Assembly: GCA_013152515.1 (NCBI GenBank)
Contig: JAADGD010000283.1
Coordinates: forward strand, 1 to 46,065
DNA length: 46,065 bases
Source of the DNA: Planctomycetota bacterium
GTDB taxonomy: Bacteria > Planctomycetota > Planctomycetia > Pirellulales > Lacipirellulaceae
Direction of reading: 5' to 3'
Shown: piece by piece, positions 40,787 to 46,065 of the stretch
Layout: the number at the start of each line of letters is the position of its first letter
Position numbering within the stretch: position 1 is the first letter of the stretch
The notes under the pieces: generated by a model
What the model was told of the DNA's origin: nothing
The model's database searches: none
Seen by the model: only the letters and a program-made list of their open reading frames with translations
Program-made: the position numbers and the translations under genes

Positions 40787-41799
40787 CAAAGACAGCAAAG
40801 CAATCATCGTCACGACAGGGCTCGCCAAGGCAGGGTTCGCCAAGGCAGGGGTCAATTTACATTGCCGTGTCTGGAACAGCGATATTAGTCTCGCTAATCG
40901 GTTTTACGGCGTTGCACTTGTCGCGGCTAGATCTGCGCAAGGCAGTAGCGCAGAACGATCGCGTTTACGCGCGCCAGCTCGCTTACTCAGGAGTTGAGTT
41001 TGCGTTGGCTGCGATCGACCGCGACACGAGTTGGCGGACCAACTACGCACATGGTGTCGAAAATGCTGTTTCTCCGTATGGTCTCGGTGGAAACCTCGTC
41101 TTCAAATTTCTCGATAACGCCGACAGCGACTTAGCCAACGACACGACGCAACCGCTGGAAATCCAAGGTATCGGTCGAAGTGGCGGGGCAACATTTGTTT
41201 ATCGCGTGGACTATGCGCCGTCAGTTACCTCCTCGGAGCAGGTCGGTCCTTTAGATCTACGAAGCTTTACAAATGGAAATAACAATACGGGTACTTCGGT
41301 AGGTAGTTCAGCATGGCTTGGTCAGTATTTTTTGCCTAATTTACCTGCAGAGGCGGTTAGCTGGACGGTAACTAAAGTGGATGTTTCGTTGAAGATATCT
41401 GGATCAGCCAGCGGAACGCTCAACGTAAATCTGCATCTACCCAACGGTACACTTCTACCAAGCACTTTGCTTGAAACAAACGCTGTTCTCGAGAGCCAAA
41501 TGTCGAGTAGTTATTCTTGGCAGGAGATCCATTTCAGCAACATGAGCGGACTTGATCCCAATGTCGGTCTTTGCCTGACTTTGACAACAAACGACGGAAA
41601 CGCGGGAAGTGTGAAATATGAAGGAAGCGGCGTTACAGAGCCGAATGCTCACATGTTCACCGGAAATGCTAGTAGTTGGTCATCGCCAATTACGAACCAA
41701 TCACTCTATTACAAAATTAGTGGCGTTTACGCCACCGCCACTGGCAGTGGGACGTTCGCTATCACACCCGGCAGTTGGCAAACCGCTGCCGCGCCGTAA
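40783..41799 (+). CDS. Minor pilin PilX/GspK-like with C-terminal beta domain
   Basis: RQG|SIYIAV lacking Glu5, ARQLAYSGVEFA; ATGA overlap with the previous gene. Confidence 0.78.
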   Translation: MTKTAKQSSSRQGSPRQGSPRQGSIYIAVSGTAILVSLIGFTALHLSRLDLRKAVAQNDRVYARQLAYSGVEFALAAIDRDTSWRTNYAHGVENAVSPYGLGGNLVFKFLDNADSDLANDTTQPLEIQGIGRSGGATFVYRVDYAPSVTSSEQVGPLDLRSFTNGNNNTGTSVGSSAWLGQYFLPNLPAEAVSWTVTKVDVSLKISGSASGTLNVNLHLPNGTLLPSTLLETNAVLESQMSSSYSWQEIHFSNMSGLDPNVGLCLTLTTNDGNAGSVKYEGSGVTEPNAHMFTGNASSWSSPITNQSLYYKISGVYATATGSGTFAITPGSWQTAAAP

Positions 41800-41877
41800 G
41801 AAATCACACAAGGCAGAGCCAACCCTTGCTGTGGCCGGCCCTGCCCAAAACTAATTTTCGGATGTCCGCCCAGAGGC

Positions 41878-43590
41878 TCAAGTTCCGATTGTTTCGAAAG
41901 CAAAATCGATTTCAAAGTTGATGTCGCTGGCATCGCCGACATCAATGAGCGTGTCGTCGCCACTACCACCATTGAGGAAGGCAAAACGATTCACCGTCAC
42001 ACCATCCAAAGTCAACGAATCGTCGCCACTGCCGAGCAAGACAAAGAGATAGTCGAACGTCGAATCGGTGATCGTGACCTCATCCATGCCAGCCTTCGTT
42101 GATATCAAGGCTGAATGCGTGGTGACCCCAGTCATCTCAACCACATCATCGCCGCTAGCGGTGAGAATGGTTACAAAATATGTGCTAGTTACGTCAGTAA
42201 GCGAGATCGTGTTTGTGCCGCGGCCTAACACGGTTAAACTGCGACCAGCGTCGACCCCTTCGATTTCTGACTCGTTGATCCCACTGCCCAGGCTGACCAG
42301 AGCCGATCGCCCAATGGTGGAATTGACGATCCCGACGAAGTCGTCGCCGCTGCCAGTGCTAATACGCAATTTATCAGCAATTTGGACATCTTCAATGCCG
42401 ATTTCGTCTGCCCCAGCTCTGCCGGTCGCGTAGAGATCGTCTCCGATGATGTTGGTAACTCCCACGGACTCAAAGAAGAAGATGTCGTCGCCATCGCCAC
42501 CTTTGAAAATCAAATCGTCAGCGATATTGATCGCAGAGATAATGAATTCGATGCCTCCGGCACCCGCATCTATCCGGAGATCGTCATCAATAGTGACGTC
42601 TTCCAAAGTATAAGAGTTGGAAATTAGGCCATCCGTAACTCTCACGTCGTCGCCGACTGTGGTGGAGCTAACCGTCACCGTGTTGCCACCGTCGTCTGTT
42701 GTCGCAACGGTGTCTCCGATTGCCAAGACGAGATCATCACCGACCGTAGTCGAGTCAATAATTAGGTCCCTGTTTCCAAGCCCTGACTGAACAAACAGAT
42801 CGTTGCCCACTTGGGCAGACGTGATCGTTACTTCGTTGACGGTGCTTTGGAAGAGGGGATTATTGCTCCGACCGAGAGTGAGACGAAGGTCTCCGCCGAT
42901 GGTCACGTCTTCGATGTTAATAAAATCAGGGTTAGAACTCACGGTCGTGTCGATGAGAATGTCTCCGCCGATCACAGTATTGTCCCGAATATCGACGACG
43001 GCAAAAGCACCATTCCCAACGAGAGTGCTTTCGATGTTTAACACGACATCGCCAGCAATCGTGGTGACCGTGTTGTTTATGCCTCCAGCACCAATGGTCA
43101 GCCCGTGACCACCATCCACGTCTCCATTGGTCAAATTAGCCCCGGTGACACGCAAGTCGCCAGGCAGCGTCGCGCCGAGAATCTGGAGATTGACATCGGC
43201 CTCTGGCACTAAAATTCCAGGCGCAAAATCACCGAGGTCGACAATGACATCGCGTGTAACGCCGCTGACGGTAAAGAACGTTTCAGGCGGCACCGTGGTG
43301 ACCACGCCCATCGAGTCGGTGAACAGAATCGTCTCTGAAGATCCAAGAAGAAACTCTCCACTCACGGCGCCGTCCAGAATGCCGATGACTTGATCGAACC
43401 CACCTTGTTGATTGATGTTGTCGATTATCAGATCGCCACCGACGACCGAAACGGCAAAGTCTGAAGCCGAAACGGCAAAGTCTGAAGCCAACAGATTTTT
43501 CTGCTCCAGCGATTCCATTCGCAGTTGCTTGTAAGCAGAGGATTTGCGCGAGTAATTTTTCTTTGCTTTTTTACGACGAGTACGAAACAT
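41878..43590 (-). CDS. Planctomycete extracellular beta-helix repeat protein
   Basis: Basic N-terminus followed by LRMESLEQKNLLA (Planc_extracel/LEPRxLL-like); repeated (T/I)xGDDL and GxGDD motifs; ATG at 43590. Confidence 0.8.
   Translation of the reverse strand: MFRTRRKKAKKNYSRKSSAYKQLRMESLEQKNLLASDFAVSASDFAVSVVGGDLIIDNINQQGGFDQVIGILDGAVSGEFLLGSSETILFTDSMGVVTTVPPETFFTVSGVTRDVIVDLGDFAPGILVPEADVNLQILGATLPGDLRVTGANLTNGDVDGGHGLTIGAGGINNTVTTIAGDVVLNIESTLVGNGAFAVVDIRDNTVIGGDILIDTTVSSNPDFINIEDVTIGGDLRLTLGRSNNPLFQSTVNEVTITSAQVGNDLFVQSGLGNRDLIIDSTTVGDDLVLAIGDTVATTDDGGNTVTVSSTTVGDDVRVTDGLISNSYTLEDVTIDDDLRIDAGAGGIEFIISAINIADDLIFKGGDGDDIFFFESVGVTNIIGDDLYATGRAGADEIGIEDVQIADKLRISTGSGDDFVGIVNSTIGRSALVSLGSGINESEIEGVDAGRSLTVLGRGTNTISLTDVTSTYFVTILTASGDDVVEMTGVTTHSALISTKAGMDEVTITDSTFDYLFVLLGSGDDSLTLDGVTVNRFAFLNGGSGDDTLIDVGDASDINFEIDFAFETIGT
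43446..43489. repeat. Exact 21-bp tandem duplication (ASDFAVS x2)
   Basis: CCGAAACGGCAAAGTCTGAAG twice, plus CC. Confidence 0.9.
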
Positions 43591-44193
43591 GTTGAATACT
43601 CCGAGTGACAAGAAAAAATAATATTTTGAAAAGACTGGCAACGATAAATTGCTAGGAACATATCAACGTCTCAATACGCTGAGACCTTTGATGAATATCC
43701 TTCAGACCGCGATTGTATGCGAGCGACACACGTTCAGCAAAATAAAAATTCAACTTACGGTGTTTTACTCCACTTATCATACTTGCGACAGGTTGACCGA
43801 CGGTCCACCTTAAAATGCTGCTATTTCAACGCCATCCAGAGAATCGTGGGAGATTACCCCCAACATAGGAGGACAAGCCTCCACCCGCTGGGGGAAAGAG
43901 TTGCCGAGTCGCAAAGCAAAATAATCGAGTCCGAAGATTCCCTCCAGTCTGATTTGATGAGAAATGTGGCAAATCACACAAAGCGACACGTTCCCACCGG
44001 ATCAATTCGGAGATTCGCTGCATTCCCTATTTCTTTTTAGCAGTAGTTGACCATTTTAACGCCTCTGGCGAATGGAACATTTGTCGATGCGTGAAGTAGG
44101 CAACCACACGGTGATAAAAGTTGCTACAGCGCCGATATCTTCTGTTTTTGTAGCATTGTGGCACTCTGTGCAAGCTAGTCTCTATCAGAGGAG

Positions 44194-45783
44194 ATGCTGC
44201 TTTTTCGACATCTCTCTACACCATGTTTTACCTACATCGCACAAGGTGAGTTCGCGCTCATCACCCAGCACTACGAAAAGCAAAACGTGAAACTGCAAGC
44301 GAACCTGAAACAAAACCAACAACGCTTTCTCGAACCGATGTTGATTGCCATCGTCTTCGGGGTGGCTGCGTTAATGGGATACTACTCCGTCGAAACGCCG
44401 GTGTTGTTGCATTTATTTTACGTGCCCGTCGTCGTAACGGGCTCGTTACAAGGACAACATCGGGCGCGTTTGATGGCGTTGCTGTGCGTCTTGTCCTCGT
44501 TGATCATCTTTGTCCCATATTTCAATAGAGAGTCGGTTGACGGCGTTCCTTTGATGATGGTCTTTGTCTTTTTGGTTTGGGCTTCGACGCTATTTCTGAT
44601 CGCGAAGATTGTCGGCTCGTTAAGCGATGGCTGGCGTAGCACGATGACCAAGCTAACCGAGGCTCACAAAAAAGATGTGCTGACCGACGCCTTGACAGCA
44701 GTCGCAAACCGTCGGGCCTATGAGTTTGAACTGGCACGACGCATCGCTGATTGGAATCGCAATGAGACCACGGTCTCGCTCATCCTTTTGGACATCGACT
44801 ATTTCAAGAAATTCAACGATCGTTACGGTCATCAGGCAGGCGACGCGGTACTCCGAGCTGTTGCCGATGTGATGAAGCAAATAATTCGTGAGGTCGATCT
44901 TGTCGCGAGATACGGGGGAGAGGAATTTGCTTTGGTGCTTTCGGACACCAACACTGAAGCAGCCAAAGAAGTTGCGGAGCGTGTTCGAGGCCTCATCGAA
45001 TCGGCCAGATTCCCGTTCAATGGTTTGATTCTGCGTCTCACGGTCAGTGTGGGATTTGCACAGATACAACCAGGAGAAGATGCGACCGCTTTTGTCCAGC
45101 GTGCTGATGCGGCACTGTACAGCTCGAAAGAAGCGGGTCGCAATTGTGTTCATTTCCATGATGGAAGTACCTGTCAGCAATTCGGCAATGGCATGGCTAC
45201 CGAAATTATCGACTCGGAGCGGTGCATGCAAACTGACCGTAGCATGACTGATCCATACACCGATGAAACAACCGGCTTGCCAACACAGAAAGTCTTTCTC
45301 GAAGAGCTCCGAAGACGCGCTGCAGAAAGAAATCGCTACGGCACAAGACTGAGTTTGGCGATCGTCGAATTTGTCGAAGACCTCGATCAGACAGCGCAAG
45401 ATACTCATCTCCGCAAGAGTTTGCTGGCCACGATTTCGAAACTCGCCAGTTCGGTGTTACGTGATACTGATCTGATCGCCAGACACGACTCGAACAGTCT
45501 GAGCATTTTGCTACCGGCCACCGACCTTGAACAAGCACTCGTACCACTGCGAAGGCTGCGAGAAAACGCCGATACCTACTCCGACGCGAAATACGCCTCG
45601 CTTAATTACGCGGTCAGTATCGGTGCCGTCGATGTCCTCGCCGACGAACGTCCAGGGGCTGCCCTGCAACGCGTCGAAGCCGCGCTCAAGGCGGCCACCT
45701 CTAGCGGGGGCAATTGTATCTTTATCCACGATAGCCAGGACTGTCTCCCAGCCGATCAGGCTGCTTCTTCGTACCACATCTAG
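44194..45783 (+). CDS. Membrane diguanylate cyclase with tandem GGDEF domains (second degenerate)
   Basis: About 4 TM helices, DALTAVANRR, DIDYFKKFNDRYGHQAGD, REVD I-site plus RYGGEEF. Second domain DETTGL..RDTDLIARHDSNSL. Start may be GTG 44287. Confidence 0.9.
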   Translation: MLLFRHLSTPCFTYIAQGEFALITQHYEKQNVKLQANLKQNQQRFLEPMLIAIVFGVAALMGYYSVETPVLLHLFYVPVVVTGSLQGQHRARLMALLCVLSSLIIFVPYFNRESVDGVPLMMVFVFLVWASTLFLIAKIVGSLSDGWRSTMTKLTEAHKKDVLTDALTAVANRRAYEFELARRIADWNRNETTVSLILLDIDYFKKFNDRYGHQAGDAVLRAVADVMKQIIREVDLVARYGGEEFALVLSDTNTEAAKEVAERVRGLIESARFPFNGLILRLTVSVGFAQIQPGEDATAFVQRADAALYSSKEAGRNCVHFHDGSTCQQFGNGMATEIIDSERCMQTDRSMTDPYTDETTGLPTQKVFLEELRRRAAERNRYGTRLSLAIVEFVEDLDQTAQDTHLRKSLLATISKLASSVLRDTDLIARHDSNSLSILLPATDLEQALVPLRRLRENADTYSDAKYASLNYAVSIGAVDVLADERPGAALQRVEAALKAATSSGGNCIFIHDSQDCLPADQAASSYHI

Positions 45784-45875
45784 GCTGGCAAATCGACTTA
45801 GAAATTGCTCTCACGTGCGATCGCGGTTGTTGACTTGGCGGTACGCTGTGAGGTGGACAGATTTTCTTCGACAAA

Positions 45876-45904
45876 ATCCGTGGTCATCGGTGAAATCCGT
45901 GGTT
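45876..45904. repeat. Orphan right arm of a CACGGAT 9-mer palindrome
   Basis: ATCCGTGGTCATCGGTGAAATCCGTGGTT, matching the right arm at 23562-23589. Confidence 0.6.
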
Positions 45905-46065
45905 ATAACCCTGCACTGTAGTACTATACTCTCTGTACTACTAACCTCAAACATCGTTAAGCTTTTGACAAAGCTTGCGAAGCGTGTGCAAGTTTTTGGA
46001 ATGGTTGTCAGATTTGCCTCTCGTAGAGTCGCAGAGAAAGCAAAGTGAAGGTGCTTGCAATTTTC

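Noticed and set aside
41812-41845. Hairpin GGCAGAGCC...GGCCCTGCC as a bidirectional terminator
   Set aside because: Imperfect stem with a long loop and only a short A-tract; too weak to call.
43717-44040. 107-aa ORF between the beta-helix gene and the cyclase (also 35772-36125)
   Set aside because: Lies in an AT-richer divergent promoter region with no RBS or recognisable motif.
44159-44172. Sigma54 promoter TGGCAC..TGC upstream of the cyclase
   Set aside because: GG-to-GC spacing is 8 nt rather than the required 10.

Overview
This is a chromosomal window of a planctomycete-like bacterium. The inference rests on a Planc_extracel-type 'LRMESLEQKNLLA' signal, a Cys-rich outer-membrane barrel and the typical intergenic palindromes. 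The left half (1-24.8 kb) is mostly housekeeping. It holds the tail of a giant Ig/cadherin-repeat surface protein, an OM beta-barrel, a GT2, an ExeA-like ATPase, trpF, ahcY, an aspartic protease, DUF1015, parA-parB with three parS sites, aminotransferase IV, pyrG, DUF1844, an orphan mraZ, a short uvrC, kdsB and glmS. The right half (24.8-45.8 kb) is a type IV filament (T4P/T2SS-like) locus: secretin, PilP-like/O/N/M, PilC, PilB, a major pilin and four minor pilins. A STAS protein, a PAS histidine kinase, a single-domain response regulator and an HD-GYP phosphodiesterase sit inside its two divergent operons, and a tandem-GGDEF cyclase lies nearby. The intergenic DNA is unusually structured. There are two copies of an IS5-like MITE (TAA duplication), each carrying a different nested insertion at a different site. 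A third MITE has 18-bp TIRs and a 10-bp duplication. Several 9-nt-periodic palindromes and REP-like pairs are also present. No rRNA, tRNA, CRISPR array or transposase was recognised. All family calls come from motif recognition, not from database searches.
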